From assembly GCF_009914755.1 (NCBI RefSeq), contig NC_060947.1: a stretch of 64,000 bases of DNA; one strand, written 5' to 3'. Numbering within the stretch: position 1 is the first letter of the stretch; every line of letters begins with the position of its first letter. The position numbers and the translations under genes were made by a program. This document shows positions 1 to 12,030 of the stretch, one piece after another. The DNA comes from the human T2T-CHM13v2.0 reference genome, Homo sapiens. The notes under the pieces were generated by a model that saw nothing but the letters and a program-made list of their open reading frames with translations, ran no database searches and had not been told where the DNA came from.

Positions 1-275
<275 letters not shown>

Positions 276-1563
276 TAAGTAGCTTTCTTTAAAAGCAATT
301 TCAAACAAAAATGGCTTTACTGTTATCAACAATAAATACATTTTATATTATAGTTCTGGATGGCTTAAATACTAAAAAAAAAAAAGTAGTTGAATATTTT
401 ACTTTAAGAGATACTCTATATTTGTTGAAAAATGAATTATACAAGAAAATAACCATATCCAAAGTCACAGGACCCACGTTTCCAAATACACAAAATATTT
501 AAACCAGTCATTTAAATATTATACTCTGAGTTGGTAAGAAACGTTCTCACCTAACATTCATGGTTTTCCTAAAAATGGTAAATGTGTAAAATCCTCAAAA
601 TATTGCATAGGCAAATATGCTATTGCCTACCACATTAGAAAATTTCCTAGGAATAATTTCTGTTAGGCAATCCAGGGTAGTAGAATGTAAGCTAATAAAG
701 TGAAAATCACATGTACAGTTGAAGCAAGCATGGAACCTCTAGTTATTCACTTTACACCGTAAATAGAAAAAAAACCCCACCAAATTCCCACATATCTATA
801 TAATCTTCCCAATTTACCTGAAATCCTTCCAATTTAACACTCTCCTCCAGTTTAAGTATTTATCTCATGAAGAATACTCTTAAAATGACAACTTCTAATT
901 CAGAGAAATAACACATTATGGCATTGTCTGCTATTAGCCTACTTTTTATGATTAGGTTTGGACTGGTTTCCAGGTCCATCTCTCTTAGAATTTTATACAG
1001 TAAGAGTGAAACGTGGCCAAGATATCTGTATACTTTAACAAGCACCCCTCACCCCCATTGAGTGTGTTATGGTTGGTCTAGTAAAGGACCCTTAGGAATT
1101 CTGCCTAGAAAGAAAGGGCTGCTGCATAAAGCTAATAAACAGCTAGGGGAATCTTCGAATTGGAAGGTGATTATAAGGCAGGAGAAAGGAAACTTGAGAA
1201 CAAATCAATTTTGTATATTTGGCCAATGCTGGCTTCTGATGGAGTCCCTTTTAGACTGCATGGCCATACTTTAAAGTAACTGAAATCTATGAGAACACAT
1301 ATAAAAGGAAAAAAAAAGTACTATAAAGCATGCCATATTCACAAGGCAGATTCCAAAAAATATGCTTTCACTTAAATTTTTACATACATGTGTCTCTGAG
1401 TAAAATAAAAACTATCAATTGTGAGTCTGAAGTTATCAATCATCAAATATGATTGTTTTATATTAATTTTTATCTGGTGGGAAGGCCATAAAAAATGAAA
1501 TATAATTTCCTGCTTTTTAATGGTCCTATAAACTAGAACACATTTGCCCTTAATGGGGTTAAT

Positions 1564-1682
1564 TATATATATATATATTTATATATATATTTATAGATAT
1601 ATTTATATATATCTATAGATATATTTATAGATACATTTATAGATATATATATTTATAGATATATTTATATATTTATATATAT
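1564..1682. repeat. (TA)n-rich low-complexity repeat with TATTTATAGATA-like subunits
   Basis: Seen directly in sequence. Confidence 0.9.
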
Positions 1683-2330
1683 GAAGTAATTTGATAAGAA
1701 TGGTTTATATACTATTTTGTTTTAGGTATTTTTAAACTAAGGAAATATTATATGTAATTTTAATATTTATGATTAAAATAGAATTTAGCACCTCAGTATG
1801 TTCAATTTAAATTAGACTTTGGTTATACATTATTTAATGTACAAATAGGTTTGAGAATACAAAGCCATATTTTAGAAACTTCTTTTAGGCCTACTATTTA
1901 AAACATGTCCCAGGGAGCAGTAAGATTTATGTTACATTTTAAAGTCTCCTTATTCTTATTTTTCAAACTATTTACAAAGATTAAAACTTATATTACTGGG
2001 ATAGGAAATATCCAAGACTAAAACTGTAATTTTATAGACAATTTGTCTTTGTATTCATATATGTATAATTGACTATAAAATGCATTCAAAACTGGCCTCC
2101 ACAGGCAGGAAATCATTACAAAGAAATGCGGTTCAATAAGGTTTCCTAGTGTTCCTTAGTTCAATTTGAGTTTGAACCTTCTCGAAACTAAACAACCAAC
2201 ATTGTTAACTAGCAGTTATAGTTGGGTTTTAATAGCTTTTAGGTTTTTTTTTAAATATTTTCTGTAGGATAAAAATGAAAATTTTCCAATGATAAAAGGA
2301 AACTTAGTGTTCATACTCCAAGGCTTTAGA

Positions 2331-2510
2331 GCAGATGGGTGAATATTTTCTGGAATAAGCCAGATAGTAAATATTTTCAGTGGTGTGGACCACATATAGT
2401 CTGTCACAGTCATTTAACTCGGCCATTGTAGCTTGAAATCAGCCATAGACAGTACGTAAACAATGGACATGACTGTGTTTCATTAACAGTTTATTTACAA
2501 AAAAAAGCAA
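2331..2510 (-). mobile_element. MER58A-like hAT-Charlie MITE fragment
   Basis: ccagatagtaaatatttt...cagccatagacagtacgtaaac...tttatttacaaaa matches the reverse complement of the recalled MER58A consensus. Confidence 0.75.
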
Positions 2511-3164
2511 TGTTTTGACCTGATTTAAAACACAGAGTGAAGGCATAAAAGAGTAAAACAGTTATATTATTCATACAGAAGCTTAGCCCTAAGCCAGGTG
2601 TGTGAATTCCACATGAGAGCCATTGATTGCGACATGACGATTAACCATTTCTGCACCTCTTAATTCACATGAATTTTGTGAAGACAAAGTATAAATACTA
2701 CTTTCCTTTATCTCCTGTTACTTTCTCATTCTTTGAGCACAGAGCCTATGTACGACCAAGATAGTTATGTGTTTGCTATTAGATAAATACAAAATCATTA
2801 AAAACATCAATCACTTCTACAAAGAATAACGTTGGTCCAAAATAATAAAAATGCCCTACAAATCCACAATACAAACTTTATCAAAGGAAAAATAGTATTA
2901 TGATTGTAAAGAAGGGCCATGGATTGACAATGGTAGAGGATTCTTTTCCTATTTTCAGCGGAGACATTTAGGACAAAAATTTATTCAGAGTTAAATATAT
3001 GAAAGAATTGGCACAAAGTCAAGCTACATGTTTGAAAATATTTAAGTTATCTAAGTAAAAACCACTGTTGTTCTTATTGTGTTCCTGAAGAAGATGACAA
3101 AATCCAATTTTCGGAAATGGTCAATTGCTTAAGTACAATGTGCACATCCTCATGGTAGAAAAGA

Positions 3165-3400
3165 TGTGACAGAGAATGTTACTTCTCCTTAATACTCTTT
3201 TTTTTGAGACAGTTTCGTCGCCCCTTGGCAGTTATGTGGGGCCATATGGTTGCATTCTGGACAATGAAATATGAATGGAAGTAATATACATTACTTCAAA
3301 GTTTGGTTTTTAAAACATCTGTAGAAATTTGCATGCCCCTTTTCTGAGTTTATTCACTGGTAACAAACAGGGGACACAGTAGAGGGCTCCAAAACTCAAG
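3165..3400 (+). mobile_element. Old MLT1-family (MaLR) LTR fragment
   Basis: ccttggcagttatgtggggccatatgg...ttctggacaatgaaatatgaatggaagtaat resembles the MLT1 core. Confidence 0.45.
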
Positions 3401-3570
3401 AATGATTGGGACAGGAAATCATGTGATTAAAGAGAGTTCTGGCTAGAATTGGGTTTAAGAGGCAAGGCTGTAACGTCTTAAGAGAAATAAATAAATAATA
3501 TATGAATTTTTTAATATATACCTGTTCTGTCTCTAGTATGAAATAAAGGTTACATTTGTAACAATTAGAG

Positions 3571-6510
3571 TACATATGTGTGCATTATTTATATATGTGT
3601 GTATCTATACATATCACATGTACACATATACATACATGTATCTATACATATGGTATGTACATATATGTATATATACATATAAATATACACATATATAAAT
3701 ACATATCTACATATAATATATACATATATTTATAACATACATATTACAAATATACAAATTATATATACATGTACACATGTTATAGATACATATTACATAT
3801 GCATATTATACATAATATGTACATATTACATATGCATATTATACATAATATGTACAGATTACATATGCATATTATACATAATATGTACAGATTACATATG
3901 CATATTTACATAATATGTACAGATTACATATGCATATTATATATAATATGTACAGATTATATATGCATATTATATATGCATATTATATATAAAATGTACA
4001 TATTATATATGCATATTATATATGGATAATATATATAAAATGTACATATTATATATGCATATTATAAATAAAATGTACATATTATATATCATATTATATA
4101 TAATATGTACATATTATATGTACATATTATATATGCATATTATATATGCATATTATATTATAATATATATTAATTATATATATTATATAATATATATAAA
4201 TTATATATATTATATAATATATATAAATTATATATATTATATTATATATAATATATTATATATTATATATATTTTATATTATATTATATATATAATATAC
4301 ATATATATAAGATATAATATATATTATACATTATATATTATATATTATACATTATATAATATATATTATACATTATATATTATATATAATATATATTATA
4401 TAATATATAATATATAATATGCAATATATAATAAATAATATATAATATAATATATAATATATAATATATAACATTATATAATATAATATATAATATATAT
4501 ATAATATATATTATATATTATATTATATATTATATATATTATATACCATATTATGTATTATATACTATATTATATACTATATTATATATTATATATATTA
4601 CATATTATATAATATAGTATATAATATATAATATAGTATATGATATATAATATAGTACATAATATATAATATAGTATATAATATATAATATAGTATATAA
4701 TACATAATATAGTATATAATATATATTATATTATATATTATATATATTATATACTATATTATGTATTATATACTATATTATATACTATATTATATATTAT
4801 TTATATTATATATTATATAATATAGTATATAATATAACATAGTATATAATATATAATATTGTATAAAATATATATAATATATTATATTATATATATTATA
4901 TACTATATACTATATTATATATATTATATACTATATACTATATTATATATTATATACTCTATACTATATTATATATATTATATACTCTATACTATATTAT
5001 ATATTATATACTATATTATATATTATATATTATATATAATATAATATATAACATATTATATATAATATATATAATATAGTATATAATATATAGAATATAT
5101 AATATATTATATATGCATATTTTATATAGTATTATATATGCATACTATAATATGTATTATATATGCATACTATAATATGTACATATTATACATGCATATT
5201 ATATATAATATGTACATATGTACATATTATATATGCATATGATATATAGATATATACATATTATATACATATTACATGTATATTATATATACATATATAC
5301 ATATTATATATGCATATTAAATATACATATATGCATTATATACATACTATATATCCATATATCATATGTACATATTATACATATCATACATACATATATC
5401 ATATGTACACATCATACATACATATACATACATATGTACATATGGTATATACATGTACATACGTATGTACATATTATATATACATATACATATGTACACA
5501 TAGATACATATTAAACATACATATATACATATATACATATACATATATACATATGATATGTACATATATACACACACATGATATATACATATTTTATACA
5601 TATATACAAACCATACATACGTGTTATATACATATATACATATTATTATACATACATATACATACAAATACACATATATACATATTATATACACATATAT
5701 ACATATACACACACATATGTACACATACATATACATACATATATACACATACATATTACACATATACATATATAGATATACCTGCATATTATACACATAT
5801 ATACATAGTGTACATACATATTATATACACATGTATACATATTATATATACATGTATACATATTATATATACATGTATACATATTATATGTACATACATA
5901 TACACATATGTATATATACCTATTATATATATACACGTATGTATATATACCTGTTATATATAGACATACACATATATGTATATATACCTATTATATATAG
6001 ACATACACATATATGTATATATACCTATTACATATACACATATATGTGTATATACCTATTACATATACATATACACATATATGTATATATACCTATCATA
6101 TATAATATACACATATATGTATATATACCTATCATATATATACAGCTATACATATTATATATGCATGTATGCATATATACATCTTATATAGCATATGTAC
6201 ATATTATATATGCATATATGCATATGTACATATTATATATGCATACTTGCATATGTACATATTATATATGCATACATGCATATGTACATATTATATATGC
6301 ATACATGCATATGTACATATTATATATGCATATTTGCATATCATATCTGCATATATACATGTTATATATACGCATATATACATATTATATATACATCTGT
6401 AATAGAGTATATATCATGTTTGTGTATATTTTTTATTAGTATATATACAAATATTATATATATATTTAAATATATACACACGTATGGGCATATCATATAT
6501 GTGTGTATAA
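3571..6510. repeat. ~2.9 kb compound AT-rich micro/minisatellite ((TA)n, (TACA)n, 33-bp and 29-bp units)
   Basis: 33-bp unit cataatatgtacagattacatatgcatattata from 3811; nearly pure A/T core ~4150-5110; (TACA)-rich ~5360-5930; five copies of 29-bp gcatatgtacatattatatatgcatacat at 6191-6335. Confidence 0.97.
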
Positions 6511-7494
6511 ATTTCCCAAAGGTCTGTTTAGAATAAGTTTCAAATTATAGCTCAGAAAACAGATACCAATTTTCTTCAATTATCTTTTTACAGTGTTTAA
6601 ATCTAAAAAGTATTCAATCCTACTCAATGTTTCTGAAAAGTAGACTGTAGTAAAAATTTAGGTTTTGATAATCTTTCTTCTTCCTAAGTGCCAATCTATA
6701 AGAAAAAAAACAGAAATCCTTTTTTCTTTTAATCATTGGTATGACAAATGCAGGCACAAATAATTTGTTTTATTGTATTTCATAGAATAATGTATATCCC
6801 TTGCATTCTGCAAAAATTTCTGAAAAAGATGAATTTAAACAAAATGGATTTTAATCTGAAAACAGAAAAACAATGCAGTCACATTTTGAAGTCTGATTTA
6901 CAATTTGTGACAATCAATTGTGCCACTCTTGTATATCTTGCTACAATAGAAAGAAAAAGAGAACTGAAAAAAGAAGTCAGCTATAAGTTAAATTGTAGAT
7001 AAATTTTAATGATATAGATTCCTACTTTATATTTTTAAACTGTAATAAAAGCAAGCTTTTCTACCTAGTATGCTTAAAAAATCATTTTGCATTGATCCTA
7101 TCCAAATTAAGCTTAACAACCAATTTCAAAAATTTCAGTAAAAGAGACAGATTACATTGTGAATTCAAGGAAAACAACGGCAAATTCTTATTGTAATGCA
7201 TCTGGTCTTCAACGTTAATTGTCACTTTCTTAGGTTGTGCAAAAGTACTAAGGAAGTTACAGGCAAAACACCTGCTGAATAACTGAAATGATACAGTAAC
7301 TGCTTTGAGAGTTGAACTAATGCAGTTCAATAAAATTGATCGTTGAAGAGAGCTCTCATGTTACTAGTAAATGAATTTAGAATTACAAGAAAGAAGTTGT
7401 AAATACGGCAAGCATTAATAATTATTAGATGCATACAGTACATTACAATATAAACAGTAAATCACCTTTCAACACAATAAAATCATAACTATGT

Positions 7495-7690
7495 GACACA
7501 ATGGACTTTAGAGATTCAGAAAGGGGAGGGTGAGAGTAGGGCTAGTGATAAAAAACTACACATTAGATACAATGTACACTAATCAGGTCACAGGTGCACT
7601 AAGATCTCAGAATTTACCACTATACGATTCATCCATGTAACAACAACAAAAAAAAAACTTGTACTCCAAAAGCTATTGAAGTTTAAACAT
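7495..7690 (+). mobile_element. L1 3' end fragment (L1PB-like)
   Basis: tacaatgtacact...ggtgcactaagatctcagaatttaccactatacgattcatccatgtaac...cttgtactccaaaagctattgaa. Confidence 0.75.
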
Positions 7691-7987
7691 TAAATAGAAA
7701 TTTTTAAATTACAGAAAAACATGCACAGGGAGAAGATGAAAATGAAAATGATCATACACAGTAGTATCAAGTCAGAAAAGTATGCTATGGATGACACAAA
7801 AATAACATAAAACTATGATACAAACCTAATTCATGTCTGGGTTTTGTTGACATAGTATGGAATTGAAATCTATTTATTATATTATTTTACTTGGTATATT
7901 TAAAGAATTAAGATACTATTTGTTAACTGCACATATACAATCCTAACCAAATTTATGTTTAAATAATTGTAATATTCCTTTCCTTTC

Positions 7988-8362
7988 TGTTATGAATTTA
8001 ATGGGGTCCCCCAAAGTTCTAATGCCCCATGTGATTGTATTTGGAGATAGGGCCTTTATGGAAGTAATGAAAGTTAAGTGTGGTCATAAGGATAGGGTCC
8101 TAATCTGATAAAATTAGTGTCCACAGAAGAAGAGACACCAGAGCACTCTCTCTCTTTTCCTCCAAACACACCCCTAGGAAAGGCCATGTGAGAGCAGAGA
8201 GAGAATGTGGCCATGCAAACCAGGAAGACAGCCCTCACCCAAAAGTGACCGTTCTGGCACCTTGATCTTGGACTTCTAGCCTGCAGAACTGTGAGAACAT
8301 AAATTTCTGTTGCCTAAACAACCCAGTTTATGGTATTTTATGTCAGCGTGAGTGGACTAACA
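7988..8362 (+). mobile_element. MLT1A-like MaLR solo LTR
   Basis: gtatttggagatagggccttt, ctggcaccttgatcttggacttctagcctgcagaactgtgagaa, ends actaaca. Confidence 0.85.
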
Positions 8363-8427
8363 CACTCTATTTGAAAAGCAAAATTTCATTCCTCAGTCTG
8401 CAAGTCTGAGTTCATTTTTTTCACACT

Positions 8428-9106
8428 TTTTAAAAACTTTTAAGTTCAGGGGTACAAGTGCAGGTTTATTATACAGGTAAACTTGTATCATGAGGGTTTG
8501 TTGTACAGATTATTTTATTACCCAGCTATTAAGCTTAGTACCCATTAGTAATTTTTCCTGATTCTCTCCCTGGTCTCATTCTCCATCCTCTGAAAGACCC
8601 CAGTGTGTGTTGTTTCCTTCTATGTGTCCATGTGCTCTCATCAGTTAGCTCCCGGTTATAAGTGAGACCATGCGGTATTTGGTTTTCTGTTCCTGTGTTA
8701 GTTTGCTAAGGATATGGTCTTTAGCTCCATCAATGTCTCTGCAAAAACATGATCTCAATCATTTTTATGGCTGTGTAGTATTCCATGGTATATATGTACC
8801 ACATTTTCTTTACTCAGTCTATCATTGACGGGCATTTAAGTTGATTCCATGTCTTTGATATTGTGAATAGTTCTGCAATGAACACGTGTGCATGTATCTT
8901 TATAATAGAATGATATATATTCCCTTGGGTATATACCCAATAATGGGATTTCTGTGTGGAATGGTGTTTCTACCTCTAGGTCTTTGAGGAGTTTCCAGGT
9001 TGTCTTCCATAATGGCTGAAGTAATTTACGTTTCTTCCAACAGTGTAAAAGCATTCCTTTTTCTTCACAACCTCACCAGCATCTGTTATTGTTTGACTTT
9101 TTTAAT
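8428..9106 (-). mobile_element. L1PA (older primate, ~PA13-16) 3' fragment
   Basis: Antisense L1 3'UTR and ORF2 C-terminus; ORF 8836-9054 resembles the L1 ORF2 C-terminal region. Confidence 0.9.
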
Positions 9107-9240
9107 ACCTTAAGTTCTGGGATACATGTGCAGAACATGCAGGTTTGTTACACAGGTATACACATGTCATGTTGATTTGCTGCACCCATCATCCCGTCAT
9201 CTACATTAGGTATTTCTCCTAATGCTATCTCTCTCCTAGC
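9107..9240 (-). mobile_element. L1PA7/8-like extreme 3' end fragment
   Basis: ttaagttctgggatacatgtgcagaacatgcaggtttgttac...catctacattaggtatttctcctaatgctatc. Confidence 0.8.
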
Positions 9241-9845
9241 AAGGCTGGTTCAATATAAGCAAATCTATAAATGTGATTCACTATATAAACAGAATTAAAA
9301 ACAAAAACCATGTGATTATGTCAATAGGCACAGAAAAAGCTTTAGATGCAATCCAACATCCCTTCATAATAAAACCCTCAACAGACTAGGCATCGAAGGA
9401 ATATACTGCAAAATAATACAACTCATATACAACACGCCCTCAGCCAACATCGAACTGAATGGGCAAAGCTTGAACCATTTCCCTTGAGAACTGAAACAAG
9501 TCAAGTATGGTGACTCTCAGCATTCCTATTCAACATAGAACTGGAAGTTCTAGCCAGAGCAATCAGACAAGTCAAGGAAAGAAAAGGCATCCAAACAGGA
9601 AAAGAACAAGTCAAACTATCTCTCTTCATAAAGAATGAGATCATATACTTTGCAGGGACGTGGATGGAGGTGGAGGCCAATATCCTTAGCAAACTAACAC
9701 AGGAACAGAAAACCAAATACTGCATGTTCTCACCTATAAGTGGGAGCTAAATGATAAGACACATGGAGACAGAGAGGGGAACAACAGACACTGGAGCCTG
9801 TAGGAGGGTGGAAGGTGGGAGAAGGGAGAGGATCAGGAAAAATAA
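9241..9845 (+). mobile_element. L1 fragments: ORF2 RT segment (9241-9628) joined directly to the ORF2 end/3'UTR segment (9629-9845)
   Basis: aaggctggttcaatataagcaaatc...agaaaaagctttaga (GWFN...EKAF region of the RT), then aagaatgagatcat...gaggatcaggaaaaataa. Confidence 0.85.
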
Positions 9846-10069
9846 AAGAATTGTAATAGAAGTTAGAGTACATCATATAACCTGAGTCATTCTAGGGAGG
9901 CAGAGAAGCAAACTGGACATTCCATCAAGTAAGCAGAAGACAACGTTATGGTACAACTAAAAGACATCTAGGCAAATAGGCAGTCAGACTAAGGACAATG
10001 CACTGGAAAAAATGAATATTCTACTCTCTCTATAATAACTAAATATTATACAATGATACTAACAGTATT

Positions 10070-10292
10070 AATAACAATAACTACTATTTCTTGACCTCTG
10101 GCTACATGTTAGGCACCTACTAGGTGCATTTCTTATATTCTCTCTTATTGAGGTCAGTCTTATTGGCCTTATGTTATGGGAAAAGAAGAACTCAGAGAAG
10201 GCAATTTTTATAGTTTTGCAGTTAGTTAGGGGGAGAAATCTGGTTTAAACCCAGGTTTGTAGAACTTCAGGTTTCTTGTTTTTTATCACTAA
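10070..10292 (-). mobile_element. MIR SINE
   Basis: Degenerate MIR core (gaagaactcagagaagg...ggtttaaacccagg). Confidence 0.55.
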
Positions 10293-10588
10293 GGGTGCCA
10301 CCTTCTAGAAAGACTTGGGTACTAGACAGGCTACCAAGAAAATCTACCCCAAACGAGCAACCAAACAAACAACGCAAATGATTTTCAGAATTTGGATGCA
10401 GGGCTTATCTTAGGATCATTTGTCAGTAGTGGGACTAAAATTCAAAGTAGGACAAGTAGTAAGAATATCTTCATGCTGAAGCCCATATTATTGGCCAATT
10501 CCAAAGACATTTAAATATTTAGATTTGTTTAATTTTTTGTTCCTTTTCAATGACTTTTCATGGTTTCTTTCACCTCCCCCCTCCCCAG

Positions 10589-10690
10589 TTTTACTGAGGT
10601 TTAATTGACAAATATGAAGTGTATATATCCTCACATAGTTGGCTCTTGTTGTTGCTGTTTTGTGGTGGAAATGCTTCAGATCCACTCACT
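10589..10690 (-). mobile_element. L1MA 3' end fragment, internally deleted
   Basis: tttactgaggtttaattgacaaat...gtgtatatat|cctcacatagtt...gatccactc. Confidence 0.6.
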
Positions 10691-10726
10691 TGTGTTTAAA
10701 ATAAGTCATATGATCAGAAGCCATCC

Positions 10727-11211
10727 ACACTGGTTATTCTCATTTCTTCCCTTAAATCCATTCCTGTGCATTTTCTGCTCTACTCTAGATCCCAGAGGGT
10801 TGACCTCTACAGAGGACATCAGATAACGTGTCCTCAGGATTCTGCTTGGATTTGACCAATAAAATTGAACCAGCAGGAGATTGGAGAGTGGGAAGATAGA
10901 GAAGGCAGGAAAGTATTCCTGCCCACTTCCTCTGTCCCTCACTCCAGTCACAGCAGTGTCTGCTTTCCTTCACTTCTACAGTTCTGAAAGGCAGTCCTTT
11001 TCTGGCCATGACTCCAACTCTCACAAGGCTCTAGCCAGCACTGCTCTGCTTTTTGCCCCCTCAAATCTGCTACTGTTAATCCATGGAGTCTTGCCACCCC
11101 TTATCAGATGTCTTACACTACTCATGTCTCTATACTTCATTCCTTTTTCGAATTCTTTTCAGTTAAACCCTTCCCAATTTGTCATATATTTTCTGCCCAG
11201 AACATTAATAC
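10727..11211 (+). mobile_element. LTR33-like ERVL LTR
   Basis: gaggg-ttgacctcta, ttggatttgaccaat, ccagcaggagattggagagtggga resemble the recalled LTR33 consensus; ends taataca. Confidence 0.6.
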
Positions 11212-11409
11212 AAAAGGTGATCATATACCACAGGTTACACCTACTGCTATATGGTATTTTAATACTCACGTTTCACTCTCAAAATACCCTGGTTTGGGGT
11301 TGATATATGGTCATTCTATTGATACTCCATGTAAGTATTCATTGCAAGTTCCTTTTATTATTCGAATCCCAAAACAATGTTGGAATCCGTAATTGAACTC
11401 ACAAGGGCA

Positions 11410-11605
11410 GGATGGTAAAATAGACAATGCTTCAGACTCAGAAAGAGGAGGATTCTACTCATTAGCTCTGTAAACTTGGACCACTTAATTTCTCTGAACC
11501 TGTGACATTAGCTGTAAAAGGAGAATAACAAAACCCACAGTGAAGGGTTGTTTTAAAGGAGCACAGTATATGTAAAGTTTCCTGAAGATAATATGTGCTT
11601 AATAT
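11410..11605 (+). mobile_element. MIR SINE
   Basis: attagctctgtaaacttgg..cacttaatttctctgaacct...ctgtaaaaggagaataa. Confidence 0.6.
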
Positions 11606-11852
11606 TATAAATTATGAAAATTATTTTATTGGAAGACAAGTATTTATTTTTGAGCTCTTGGACAGTCCTTGATATAAAGCAAGTACTCAAAAATGTTTAA
11701 TGGGATAATGTAATGGATGATTTTCAAATGAGAATCAATTATAAATCAGAACTGGATTTGTAGTTATCTTTAGTTTTGCAATAATTTTTAATTTTGTTCT
11801 TCTTTCCCAGTGCAATTTTTCTTAAATTTAAATGAGTTACTAAAACCTAGGC

Positions 11853-12030
11853 TTTATTGAGCTTTAACTGGTAAATAAAACGTGTATATATTTAAGGTGT
11901 GCGAACTGATATACATATACATTGTGAAATGAGTACCACAATCAAGCTAATTAACATTTCCATCACCTCACATAGTTTCCTTGTTTTGTGGTGGTGGTTG
12001 TTTTGTGGTGAGAATACTTCTGATCTACTC
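11853..12030 (-). mobile_element. L1MA (MA8-10-like) 3' end fragment
   Basis: acattgtgaaatgagtaccacaatcaagctaattaacatttccatcacctcacatagtt. Confidence 0.8.

Noticed and set aside
3769-6536. Many overlapping Y/I/H/T/M-rich ORFs up to 272 aa
   Set aside because: They are translations of the (TA)/(TACA) repeat, whose alternating purine-pyrimidine pattern avoids stop codons; open in several frames on both strands.
10881-11303. 140-aa ORF
   Set aside because: Lies mostly within an LTR33-like element, begins at a non-ATG codon and has no recognisable domain.
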